DNA of 64,000 nt from Podarcis gaigeae (taxonomy: Eukaryota). The notes under the pieces were generated by a model, which had not been told where the DNA came from, ran no database searches, and saw only the letters and a list, made by a program, of their open reading frames with translations. The stretch lies in NCBI GenBank assembly GCA_964106915.2, contig OZ066927.1. The stretch is one strand, 5' to 3'. Position 1 is the stretch's first letter, and each line of letters starts with the position of its first letter. Made by a program: the position numbers and the translations under genes. Positions 10,601-20,703 of the stretch are shown here, piece by piece.

Positions 10601-13600
10601 GAGAGAGAGATTCTGCAGCAGTTGCTGAGGCCTGGGTTGGTGTGGCAGCCTGTTTTTGTGGGCTACTAAGATTGGCCTCTTAGGGGCTGCTCCTAGCACC
10701 ATGCTGGGGTGATTCTCCACAGGGTTGTGTGGTGGGTGCTTTCTCTTCTTTCCCAACCAGAAGCTTAGGGGTGTCAGTAACACTGCCTGACCCAACTCAG
10801 GGATATTGACAGGTGAAGGAGCTGGGCTGGTGCTGGTCCTTGGCCAGTAGAGCGTTGTGGAGTATTCCTGCACCCTTCATTGTGGCTCTGGACAGGGAGG
10901 CTGACGAAGCAGGGGCTACTGCCCTCCTCCTCTGCCCTTCTCTCCCATGGGACCCATCTGGGGAGTGCTTGTCTTTGGTCTCCGCTGTTGCGCCGCTGTC
11001 CTGTGGTGCCCATTGCCCCTCTGTGTGTGTGTGTGTGTGTGTGTCGAACCGTCCCTTGTGCATGTTGCTCCTCCCAGCAACCTACTGGGGGAGGGCAGTC
11101 TAGTGTGGGGTGAGGCCCCTTCCTGCAGTGGGCCTGTGCTTCCAGCAGGGGGCGCCACAAGCAGATGTGCGCCTAACTGACGCGATGCTCTCATCTTGTT
11201 TCCTCAGAGCTCTTGTCTATGCCAGCTGTAAAGCGGTTTTCTGTGTCATTTGCAAAGCATCCAACTAACGGTACGTTTGCTTCTTAATTTGACGCCCCTC
11301 CCCGCTCCTCCTGCTCCCTCCACCCTTCCTATGTCTTCCATCCCCGCATGCATGAGTGGGCAGCTGTGTTGTGCTGTGCTGTCCCCCCCTGCTCCTGCCA
11401 CTAACCACCCTCTTGGCTCTCCCTTCTGTGTTCTCACAGGGATGGGGCGGGAGCAGAGGGACCCCTCAACACATAAACAGCAGCAGCAGGGAGGGCAAGA
11501 TGATGCACCTGCCCCCCCAGCTGGAGTGACCTGATGAGAGAGAGCCTATGGGGTACCAGCTGCTCCCCCCTCGCTGTGACCCAGAGTGGGGAGAGAGCCT
11601 TGCCCAGTTCCCCCCTCTCTTTAGGCTGCTTGTCTGCTTCCTTCCTTGCTTGCCTGCCTGCCCTCCAGTTCTCCCACCCCCAGGCAACAGGTCTTGCTGG
11701 GCAGTGCGGGTTCAGAGGCGGGGAGGTGCCACTCTCTTCTCATGGGGGTCTTTGCCTCTGCCGCAGTGTCTGGCTCTTGCCCGACTGCAGGAGGTCTTGG
11801 CTGGCCCTGGGCAGGCTTGGAGGTGTCTGGAAATTGGGGTGGGGGAAGCTGCCCACAGCCCCTTGGGGAAGGTTTTCTTTCAGAATAAAACATACTAATT
11901 GCATTAGAGAGATTTCCAAGTCTTTTCACTTCTGGAAAAGACAGGTTCCTTCTGTTTCTGCTTGCTAAAGTAGAGGGCTGCAAACTCTTTCTAAGCCTCA
12001 ATCATCTCCCTTTCCTTTGTGCTTATTGTCACTTTCTTCTTTGCTTCCCTCTTCTGTTATTTGCCAGCTAGCAAAAAGTCTTGCTTAGATCACTGGAGGG
12101 ACCGGTTGGAAGACAGGGCTGGTTGTAAACTCCGAGCCTCATATCTGGTGCTTCTGTAGTTCTACAATTTATTCATTTAACAATTGGGCTTTTCGGTTTC
12201 TAGGAGTTAAAAGCAAGGTTTTGAAAACTACTGTCTATGGTGCTTGAGTGCATTTCTCCCTTCAGTAGAGCTGAGGAATATCCCTGCCTCCCCTGTGGCT
12301 GGCTGCCAGTGGAGGGGCACCCCCACATTTTGCTCAGTGGAGTCCTTTGCAGCCCATGTGAGGTTTGAGAATGAGCGGTGGAGGGACTCTGAGGAGGAGG
12401 GGCAGCCCAGAGCCGTGGCAGGGGAGGAAGGAGAAGAGCAAGAGACTCAAAGGCTGTAGGCTTACATGCCCCTTCCTTGCCTGCCGAACAGCAAGGCCAA
12501 CTTCTCTTCCTGACTGGCTATTTCTGCCTGGGGAGGGTTTATTCCAAATGGGGGCTTCCCTTAGGCACATCTGGTTGGCCACTGTGGGAAGAGGATGCCA
12601 GGCCCTTTGGGTTCTTCTGACGATTTTATGGAAACTGAATTGGTGCTGACCAGACAATGCTTCTGCCAAATGTCTCAAAGGGCCTTTAGGTGCCCAGAAA
12701 GTGTTTGCCTGTGTTGTCTCTGAAGTGGGAACAGAGTTTGCTCCATGGCAGGTGGTGCTGGCAGCTGTCCTCCCTCCCCATGCTCTTCCATGGTCCAGGC
12801 TGGGCTCCCCCCTCCTCCTCCCCTGCCCTTCCCCCCTCTGTTGCCTTGGCTTTGGCTCTGCTGTGCCCCCCCCCACTCACCCTTTGTGGCCCCTCCCCCC
12901 AGATGAGCTGGAAGGCCCCTGCGGGCGGCTGCTGCTGCGCCACTTTTCCTCTGACTTTGCCGCCAGCCAGCCCGCCTCCCTCCTGGATGCCGCCCTGGCA
13001 CATCACCTCCGCCAGTGCTCCTACCACTTCCGCCTCTTCCGGGACTGGCTGGTCTCTGGCCGGGGGGACCTGGAGAGCCTCGACGGTACGGCATGGCACT
13101 GCATGGTGCCTTGGGGGCCTCCTTGGCTGGGCCCTCCCCGCCCAGGGGGTCCCTGTGGCTCTGCCTCTTCAGGGGCTGCTTCCCTCCCTCCCCTGCCCAG
13201 CTGCCCTTTGCCTGGAGGAGGCCAGCCAGGAAACCTCTTCTCTTGTCCTGCCGATTCTTTCCCCGCTCCTCTTCACTGGGCTACAGCAATGTTAAAACAC
13301 AACATTAAAAAAAAACAGCTAAATTCCTGGCTACCTGGAAAGGCTGTGAGCCCTGGTGGGTCTCGCTTGCCCCCTGCCCACCCCCCATGGAAGCCGGGCA
13401 ACTGAGGAAGGGCTGCCCCTGCTGCTGCTGTTGCTGCTGCTGCCGCCGCTTCTTTGCATAAGGTTTGGTTTGGCTTCTGGGAGCCCCCCAGGCCCTGGCC
13501 GTTGTCTCCCCAGCCAGCCCAGGCTGTTCTGCACCTGGTGCCAAAACCCTTGCAGAGTGTGCATGTGTGGGTGTCGGAATTGTGTTGCATGGGCAAAACA

Positions 13601-16600
13601 GCTTCCCTGCCCCACAACCTGCCAAGGGGGAGCAGTGTGGGACTTGAAGGATGGAGGGCTCTTGGGCAGGCCCATAGGCACCCTCCCTTCCTCTTTCCCA
13701 CCCTGGCACACAGGCCCAGCCACTCTCTGCATGGCTTTGAGCACTGGGCTGGGCTTTCTTCCCAGGAGGGCAAAGCTGCCCAGGTGGCTCTTGACCGGGA
13801 ACCTGCAGGTGGGGGAGGTTGGCAGCTGCCTGCAAGATGCCTGGCTTGTCTTCCAGAGGAGTCTACTGCTTGGGTCATTGCAGACCAACACTGCCCAGGA
13901 ATGGCCTTCTTCCTTCTGTCTGCCCCTGCGTGATGGCCAAGCTGGTTTGAGTTCCACCATCAGGGCAGCTCAGTGGGAAAGAGGACCAGGCCTCCCCTCC
14001 CTTTGGCCTGCGTCTTCTGGGCGGGAGCTTCTCTTCCGCTGGCGCCGTTCCCTTCCCGGGGAGAGGAGGCTCACTTGCAGGCTCCTTTCACAACCCTGCC
14101 TTGTTTGCAGCACAAGTCCCTGCAGTTTAAAAGCCAGCAGCTCTTTTGGACTGGTGCAAAGCGCCCCCCGAGTGGTGCTCAGCGTCCAAGAGAGGAACAG
14201 TTTCAGGTTTGTGTATAATTTGCACAGTGGCTTCCTAAGAGTTTCTTGGGTCATAAATGCAGATTTTGCAGCTTCAGAAAATTGGCTCAGCTCTCCTTAA
14301 AACGGTCGAATGTTGGTTTGTGATGCCAGAATTGGTTAGCGGATGTTCTGCTGGTTTGACCGACGTGAGGCACTGGAGTCCAGGCTTCCTTGCCTGATGC
14401 AGCCCTTTCCCTTCCACGCAGACCCACTGGAGTATTGCTGAGCATTCTGCAGCATCCTCTGCTCAGGTGCTGCAGTGACAAAAGCCAACTCCTGGGTGGG
14501 GCACCTAAACAGCCTGCAGGTGGGAGGCAGCTCCTGAGCAGCTATTTGCAGACTGTATAGCCCTAAGCCATGAGGGCCTTGACTCCAGAGCTCAGTGCAT
14601 GGTGGGGCTGGCTGACTGACAAAGGGCGGGGGGCTCTGGACCTGCAACTCCTCTGGGAGTGCAGGGGCCTCTGCCCAGGCTCACTGTTATAAACTGAGAA
14701 ATGAAAGCTAGGAGCTAAATGGCACCTTAAACCTAGGTTAAGGGCACAACAATGGAATGTCTAGGACTAGGTGCATTTTTTCAATAACAAGAATGCAAAG
14801 CTGAAAAAGAATGAACTGCAGCTAAAATATTATGTTCATTTTTGACATGGTCTAGTCCAGGGGTCAGCAACCCATGGCTCCGGAGCCGCATGTGGCTCTT
14901 TTACACCTTTGCCGCGGCTCCGGGGCGCATACTAGCGAGGGGAGGAGGCGCATTGTGTGCCCCGACACTCCCCACTGTTTTAAATGTTGCAATGGTTTTG
15001 TGGCTCCCAGTGTTTTTTTTCTTCGGTCCAAGTGGCTCTTTTTGTCTTAAAGGTTGCAGACCCCTGGTCTAGTCCTTCCCCTGCTCACCCCCTAATATTC
15101 TTAATAGGGTTTCTTCTCCAGTCTTCAGAGAGTAGCTGGAAGTGGGGATGCAGAAAAAGGTCCTCCTTTCCTTCCAGTCTGCAGTTTTAATCTGAAATCT
15201 TAGGCACAGTACTGCACCCAGAGCTCAGAACTGCTCATGAAATTCCCTGTCACAAAATGCGCCTAGAACAATGGGAGTTTCGAACACTGTTCAGGCCCAA
15301 CCCCTCTGCCCTTCTTATCCCTTCCTGGCCAAGCTTTCCTCCCAGCTTGGAGCAGGCTCTGTGTGGGGCGCAGGCTGCATAGAAGCACAGGTCCTCTAGG
15401 GTGGGGGTAGGGGGCGATACTGGAAAGGGAGCAAGGAACCAAGTGTGTGTGTCTGTTGTGTGGAGAACAAAGCGGTGATCTGCTCTAAAATTTTCAGAAA
15501 TGCTTTGTAAGAAAAGAATGAGCAAACTGTTGTTGATGGGACATTTCAGAAACAGAGTGGCGGGGGCAGGGGCTTCATCCTTCCCTTTCATGGGAACCAG
15601 GAGGCAGGAAGCTGAGGTTGGACAGTATATCCCTAACCCTAACGCTCTCCCTCTCCCATCTGCTGGAATAGCTCCAGGGTTAGAAATTCCAGTTCACCCA
15701 GCAGGGGTAACACAGAACTGGAGACTGAGAATGGCTGCCCAAAGTTTGGGGAGGCTGGGGCTGCCATCACCAGGACCAGTTATGGTGCACCACTAGAGTC
15801 CCTGGGCAAACTGGTTTTGAAGTTTGTTGCATCACCTCTAACAGCCCCCTAGGCAGGTCGAGAAGAGCCTTTGGGGGGGCTGTTCAGGGCTCCAGGTGCC
15901 AAGGAAGGGCATCCCCAGGGACAAGGAGGAGCGGCAGCCAGGCAGCGGGAAGGTGGGTTAGGAGAGCTCCAGGTTTTCCTCCCAGGCCCTGCGTGCTTTT
16001 GCTTCTGAGATGCTAGGCTGGGTCTGGCCTGCTCTTTGGTGTGTTTTGGGGGCTCCATGCCTGTGGCTCGAGGGGAACGTTGGGCTTATTGTGGGCGTCT
16101 GGTGGGGAGGCAGCCGCCACTGGGTTTTCTCCTCTGCAGAGGTCCTTGACGCTGGGTGGGGGGTCTGCTCTGCCTACAGGCTTTGAAGGCTGCTCCATGG
16201 TGCCCAGCATCTACCCCTTGGAGACCCTGCACAACTCGCTCTCCCTGCGCCAGGTCAACAGCTTCCTGACGGCCGTCTCCAGGACCTGCAGCACCAGCAC
16301 TCCCCACCCAGGAGCTGCCCCAGGTACCATCACAGGCAGGCAGGTTGGGCACTGTGCTGGGGTCCCGGGTGGCCACCCCCTCAAACTGAGCCCCCTTCTG
16401 CCCCAGGGCTTCCCGCAGGGCAGCACCCATGTTTTCCAAAGCAGCTTTGCCCAGCTGTGTAGAAGCAACACATTTCACTGCACAGAAAAATAGAATACCC
16501 ATTTTCTGGGGTGCCACCACCAAAAGTGCACCCCATCTCAGCACAGAGACCCTTTGGTGTCTTGGTATTGCAGCTGCATGCGCTAAGCAGCTGTAGGATA

Positions 16601-18123
16601 TAGGAGAGAAGCCCTTAATCAGCTAAGGAAAGCTTGAGAGTGAAGAAGACATTTATGTTTACTGCGAAGCATGTGATAGATGAGCAGAATTTGGCTAAAA
16701 TAGGAGAAGTGTGGGGGCTGGCCTGGGCTGGGGGAATACCTGGGGGCTTCGACAGAAGTGCCTTCCTGGTCACCAGGAAAACCCCAGCCCCTCAAAGGTT
16801 AGCTTGAGCAAGGGGTATCTTTGACTCCAAGGTGGGGGTGGGCAGAAGGGGTGGTGCCTAGAAGCAGGCCCTTGCCCGGGGGCTCACAGTGTTGTCCTCC
16901 TCCTCTGTCCTGCAGCGCTCTTGGACTCCCTGATGGAGAGCCAGGGGCCAGGCGAGGACTTGACGCCGCAGCAGATTCTCTCCTCTTCTCTGCCTCTACG
17001 CCCCCGCTCAGACAAGCCCCCCTGGTGTAAGTAGGCACGGGGCTTGGGAGGGAGGAGCAGTTTGATGGAATAGACACGGACAAACAGGCAAGGCTGCCCA
17101 AGGGGACATTGCAGGTCTTTGGGGTGGGCTTTGTGCCAGCAGGAGGAATCCCAGCCAATGGGAACAGAAGGAACGGGGGCTGGGGGTGGCAGCAGCATCA
17201 GCTAGGTAGACTGGGCTGGTTGCAAGGTTGCCAGGGGCCCTGAGCCCAGACCTTCCTGGCGCTTGGAGTTGGGCAGGGCAGCACTTCTCTAGTGGGAGGG
17301 GGCAAAGCCAGCAGATCTAACCTGCGGGCTGCACAGGATTGGACCCTCACCCTAATTCTGCTTGGGGTAATATGCAACCCCACCCCACCCAGATTGTGTG
17401 GCTACTATTAGACGCTGCCCTGGGATCCTCCTGGCATTCTTCAGGGTGGGACAGTTGCCAGGCCCTGTGCCCAAAGCTGTGACGGTGCCAAGGAAGGGGT
17501 TTACAAGGAGCCTGGGGGGGTATTCTTAGCACCTCACCCCCCCCCCGTGACCACCTCGTTTTGATTCCCTTGCAGACAGCAGCGGCCCCTCCAGCACCGT
17601 CTCCAGCGCAGGCCCTTCGTCGCCCACCTCCTCTGTGGAGAGCTGCCCCCGCTTCAGCTTCGTCTCTCAGACCAGCAAGGAGCGGCTGGCAGGGCCCATG
17701 GAGGGGAGCCAGCCGGGCAACAACGGAGCCTTCAGGGAGAAGGGAGAAGAGCAGAGCCTTGCCAGGGAAGCCTCTGCGCAGGAGGAGAAGGAGGAGACAG
17801 AGCCTGGCGGGCAGGCAGCCACAACCTTACTGCAGAAGGAACTGGAGGGAGGGGAGGAGGCTGCCTCACCCCAGGAGGAAGAGAAGGTGGCGGCTGTGGT
17901 GGTGGGGGAAGAGAGTGAGCAGCTGCCCGCAGCACTGGAGCTGCTGGAAGTTGGGAGCAGCAGAGGTGCAAGGGAAGGGCAGGCAAGCGAAGGACGGAGG
18001 GAGCTGGACCTGCCAGAGGAGGAGGAGGAAGAGGAGGCGGCAGCAGCGGAAACTGGCTCAGGAGAGGCCACCTGGGAGGAGGCCCTGCTCAGTCCCTTTC
18101 TCCCAGTTGGGGAAAGCACTTAG
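801..18123 (+). CDS. PPIP5K1: Inositol hexakisphosphate/diphosphoinositol-pentakisphosphate kinase 1, 3' part (multi-exon; 5' kinase-domain exons lie upstream of the window)
   Basis: 17 exons with GT-AG boundaries and consistent phases join into one frame: 801-929,1048-1169,1423-1605,2661-2802,3439-3662,3749-3876,5295-5409,6255-6362,6479-6595,7364-7528,7967-8054,9660-9782,11208-11270,12903-13085,16180-16323,16916-17026,17576-18123. VIP1/PPIP5K motifs are present ([55 protein letters not shown]). The C-terminal [21 protein letters not shown] and adjacency to MAP1A indicate paralogue 1. Confidence 0.95.
1048..1169 (+). CDS. PPIP5K1: PPIP5K1 exon ([41 protein letters not shown])
   Basis: ttccag| acceptor; weak donor AAG|gtcctt; conserved protein motif. 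Confidence 0.92.
1423..1605 (+). CDS. PPIP5K1: PPIP5K1 exon ([27 protein letters not shown]...DFEK)
   Basis: ctgcag| acceptor, |gtgagg donor, 183 nt. Confidence 0.94.
2661..2802 (+). CDS. PPIP5K1: PPIP5K1 exon ([13 protein letters not shown]...EDPKSA)
   Basis: cttcag| acceptor, |gtaggg donor. Confidence 0.92.
3029..3265. mobile_element. Tc1/mariner (Tigger/pogo-like) MITE
   Basis: TA TSDs (3027-28, 3266-67); imperfect TIRs CAG..TACCTCGGAAGTTGAA / TTCGACTTCTGAGGTA..CTG; central perfect 21-bp palindrome. Confidence 0.8.
3439..3662 (+). CDS. PPIP5K1: PPIP5K1 exon ([17 protein letters not shown]...[15 protein letters not shown]...VIPQ)
   Basis: cctcag| acceptor, |gtgagg donor. Confidence 0.94.
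3749..3876 (+). CDS. PPIP5K1: PPIP5K1 exon ([42 protein letters not shown])
   Basis: ccccag| acceptor after an 86-nt intron, |gtaagg donor. Confidence 0.93.
3986..4244 (-). mobile_element. Short 5'-truncated L1 3' end
   Basis: 14-bp TSD GTTCCCTTGTTTTA (3972-3985, 4245-4258); ORF2 C-terminal [12 protein letters not shown] on -; T-rich tail. Confidence 0.7.
4400..5200 (-). mobile_element. Degenerate L1 ORF2 reverse-transcriptase fragment
   Basis: AFADDL motif at about 5045-5028; VKYLGV in ORF 4722-5030; frameshifts. Confidence 0.85.
5295..5409 (+). CDS. PPIP5K1: PPIP5K1 exon ([38 protein letters not shown])
   Basis: ttccag| acceptor, |gtaagt donor. Confidence 0.94.
5483..5544 (-). promoter_or_regulatory. 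Two tandem CTCF-like motifs
   Basis: Reverse strand reads CCAGCAGAGGGCGC (5544-5531) and TCAGCAGAGGGCAC (5496-5483). Confidence 0.55.
6255..6362 (+). CDS. PPIP5K1: PPIP5K1 exon ([36 protein letters not shown])
   Basis: tttcag| acceptor, |gtgagg donor. Confidence 0.94.
6479..6595 (+). CDS. PPIP5K1: PPIP5K1 exon ([20 protein letters not shown]...FRPASAE)
   Basis: tggcag| acceptor, |gtgagt donor. Confidence 0.93.
7364..7528 (+). CDS. PPIP5K1: PPIP5K1 exon (KEAKKPEE...[16 protein letters not shown])
   Basis: ctgcag| acceptor (CAGAAG tandem NAGNAG), |gtagag donor. Confidence 0.9.
7554..7621. repeat. Compound microsatellite (GT)n(GA)n
   Basis: Direct inspection; about 25 nt downstream of a PPIP5K1 donor. 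Confidence 0.95.
7967..8054 (+). CDS. PPIP5K1: PPIP5K1 exon ([29 protein letters not shown])
   Basis: ccacag| acceptor, |gtagga donor. Confidence 0.88.
9660..9782 (+). CDS. PPIP5K1: PPIP5K1 cassette-type exon ([33 protein letters not shown]...)
   Basis: TACTAAC branch point at about 9633, tttcag| acceptor, |gtaggt donor, 123 nt, phase 1-1. Confidence 0.88.
11142..11155 (+). promoter_or_regulatory. CTCF core motif with upstream TGCAG module
   Basis: CCAGCAGGGGGCGC; CTGCAGTG at 11123-11130. Confidence 0.65.
11208..11270 (+). CDS. PPIP5K1: PPIP5K1 63-nt cassette exon ([21 protein letters not shown]), not in the ORF track
   Basis: CTAAC branch point, cctcag| acceptor, |gtacgt donor, phase 1-1; the peptide is recalled from vertebrate PPIP5K isoforms. 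Confidence 0.85.
12903..13085 (+). CDS. PPIP5K1: PPIP5K1 cassette exon (DELEGPCG...[29 protein letters not shown])
   Basis: ccccag| acceptor, |gtacgg donor, 183 nt, phase 1-1; CpG-rich coding-like composition. Confidence 0.75.
14858..15066. mobile_element. hAT (Charlie-type) MITE, 209 bp
   Basis: TIR CAGGGGTCAGCAACC / GGTTGCAGACCCCTG; perfect 8-bp TSD GTCTAGTC. Confidence 0.9.
16180..16323 (+). CDS. PPIP5K1: PPIP5K1 exon ([30 protein letters not shown]...)
   Basis: ctacag| acceptor, |gtacca donor, phase 1-1. Confidence 0.88.
16916..17026 (+). CDS. PPIP5K1: PPIP5K1 exon ([37 protein letters not shown])
   Basis: ctgcag| acceptor, |gtaagt donor, phase 1-1. Confidence 0.87.
17576..18123 (+). 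CDS. PPIP5K1: PPIP5K1 last coding exon ([18 protein letters not shown]...acidic tail...GEST*)
   Basis: ttgcag| acceptor; frame of ORF 17635-18123; TAG stop at 18121-18123. Confidence 0.9.
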
Positions 18124-18771
18124 GCAGGAGAGGCCTGCTGCCAACTGAGGCTGGCCAAGTGGGAACCTTTCTTGCCCCTCCAGGAGGCTGCCTGCCTAAG
18201 CCAGGGGCCCCGTCTTGCTCGGAGTCCACCTGGCGGGGATGGGCTCTGTACCAGCAGAGGTTGGGGCCGTCCCCCACGTCTGGGACATGAACCTCACTGG
18301 CCCAGCCAGGATGGCCTTCTTTCTCCAAAGTGTCTGGCTGCAGCTGTGCAGAGTGGGGGGGGGGAACTTGAAGAGACACCCTCCCCCAAGTGGTGTCCCC
18401 CTGGCAGTCTGAGTGCGAGAACTGAAGAGGTCTTCCTTGCTGGCGGCAGCGGTGGGGGTGGGAGGCTCTCAGGGGGGGGGGGGAGGTCCTCCAATCCTGC
18501 TGGCCATTGCCAGGGTACAAAGCTGCTTTGGAAAAATCAGGTTTTCTTAGAGACACGTGGATGAGATGCCAAATGGTGTACAGTACAGAGTAAATATTTA
18601 ATATATTATTCGTGCTGGCAGATAGAGGGGGCTGCTGGGGGTCCCCACTCCCTCACCCCTGCTCCATGGCCAGGCATGTGTCGTCCGTGGTTCAGATGTG
18701 TCTATGTTTCTCTTGCGAGGGATTGTACAGCCGTCCCCTGGAATCCTCCTTGTGCTGCATTTTGTGCATGG

Positions 18772-18777
18772 AGTAAA
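18772..18777 (+). terminator. Candidate PPIP5K1 polyadenylation signal (variant AGTAAA)
   Basis: AGTAAA followed about 20-45 nt later by GU/U-rich gtggcttgtgtgtgtctcttt; a second AGTAAA lies at 18589. Confidence 0.45.
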
Positions 18778-19946
18778 ACGCCGACACTCCCAAGACGGGT
18801 GGCTTGTGTGTGTCTCTTTGGAGGGAGCCGCTTGGGGGTCTCTTGGTGTGCCTTTGTGTGGGGGCAGCTTGGGGGGTCCGGGAGGAGGAGGAGGAGGCAG
18901 CACAGAACAGGGCTAAGCTGGCAAGAATTCCTGAAGCACAGCTGTCCTGCATATTGAAAGGCCTTCTTGCTGCACAGTATAGAGGGGATTCCGTAGGCAG
19001 AATTAGCAGCTGCACTAGAAAGGACTTAAAATGCACCTGCTGGCTCAGGCCACTGGAAGCCCATCTTGTCCAGCGTCTTCTTCTCACAGTAGCCAACCAA
19101 GTGCCCCAGCGGAAAGCTTGCAAGCAGGACCTGAGCACTAGAGCACTGTTTCCTCCTGCCGTTTCCAGTAAGGGCTATATAACTGCTAAGAGAAGCTGCA
19201 GGACATCAGAGACACAAAGGGAGGGTGTCTGAAAACCTGTGGAGGTCTGTTTGTGTGAGAAGGAAGCAGTCTTTCCTGAGGCAGGGGCATTTTGTTCAAA
19301 GAGGAGGACAGCTTGGCCACCATCGCAACATCTGTTCTGGGTGGTTGGTGGAACATGTTTTTGAAGTGAAAATCACAAAGCATCATATAGAACAAGGGGA
19401 GCTAACACGCTCCCTTACAGATGTTTTTGGACGCCAATTCCTTTTGGCTCCATGTAGCCTGCCTGACCGATCTGGGATGTTGGGAGTTCTTCCAGTTGAA
19501 CAACATGGGAGGCACTAAATTGACTACCCCAATATGGATGAACAAATCTGGCCTTGCTAGACTTTTGGAGTTCTTTTGAGTGTGTCAACAAACACGTGGA
19601 TCCTGCATACTTGTATTTTCAGTAAGGCTTTAACAGACGCTTGCCAAAGGCTCCTGAGCAAATTTAGCAGCCTTGGGGTGAGAGGACAGCTCTTCTTTAT
19701 AGGTCAGGAACTGGTTAAACAACACAAAGCAGAGAGTAGGAATAAACCAGCGATTCTCAGAGGAGAGGGATTCTCTCCTCCCCCGACTCCTACAAGGCAA
19801 GGGCCTGCATTGGTGCTGGTGCTTTTAACTTCTCCCTCAAGGATCTGGAGGTTGGAAGGAGAAGCCACCTTAGATGCCATTTTGGTGTGGGGTTTTTTTG
19901 GGGGGGTATGGGTGTGTGTAAAAAGCAAATTATATTGTGCAGCACC

Positions 19947-20703
19947 TGTCAGAGTTGCCTCTAGGTCCCAGCTCACAGAGGACCAACGCTAGTCAGTAAT
20001 AACGTATAAAAGTCTTTATTGAAGATTAGTTTCGATTTCCAAACCGCAGCGTGCAACTCTACATCTTAGAACCTAGACCGGCGAAGCTCCATCTGAGTCT
20101 CCGCCTCCTAGACACCAGTTTAAGACTCTAGCCTTATTCTACCTCTTCCGTTGTTCTTTCCTCCTCTGGGTCCTTCTGCCCCCTGGGGTTTCCTCCTTTC
20201 TGGACTCTTCTGACGCTGACCCCCCTGAGTCTTGCCCCTCCTTCCGGCGGGCTTTAGGACCTGGCTCCCTATCCGGGCTACCTGCTGTGCCGCTCGCCTG
20301 TACATTTGAACTTGGCGCGCGCGCCCAGCCGGTAACTTTCCTCTTGACCGTTTCCCCGCTCTCCGATGGAGGCGTGGTCAATCCTGACATCTCCTCTCGC
20401 TGGTGGTGAGAACACTGGTCCCGATGCCTGGGACTCCTCCCCCCCACTGCGCTCTGGTGGGGAAGCTGGTCCTGATTTCCAACTGCTGCTCTGGGAGTCC
20501 CCGCTGGCCCCTTCCTTCTGGGGTTCCCCCTTGGCACCCCCCTTGCCCTGGCCATCGGCGCTCCCTTCTGTGAATCTTCCGATTCGCTGGAGAGGCTCAT
20601 GGAATCCCTCTGACCACTGTCACCGCCTACGCTCCCCTCGGATTCCTCCCCCTCGCTCTCCATTTCCTCCCTCTCCTGTGCCTCTGCTCCTGAGCCCCTG
20701 ACA
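19947..20703 (-). mobile_element. Solo LTR (757 bp) of an LTR retroelement/ERV
   Basis: Termini TGTCAG...CTGACA; 6-bp TSD AGCACC at 19941-19946 and 20704-20709; AATAAA on - at 20020-20015; CpG-rich. Confidence 0.85.

Noticed and set aside
11230-11252. KRFSVSF as a PP1 RVxF motif in the 63-nt exon
   Set aside because: The spacing between the basic residue and V does not fit the strict consensus; more simply a basophilic kinase site.
13273-14300. Overlapping long ORFs up to 314 aa in a PPIP5K1 intron
   Set aside because: GC-rich low-complexity intron; no consistent splice sites or motifs.
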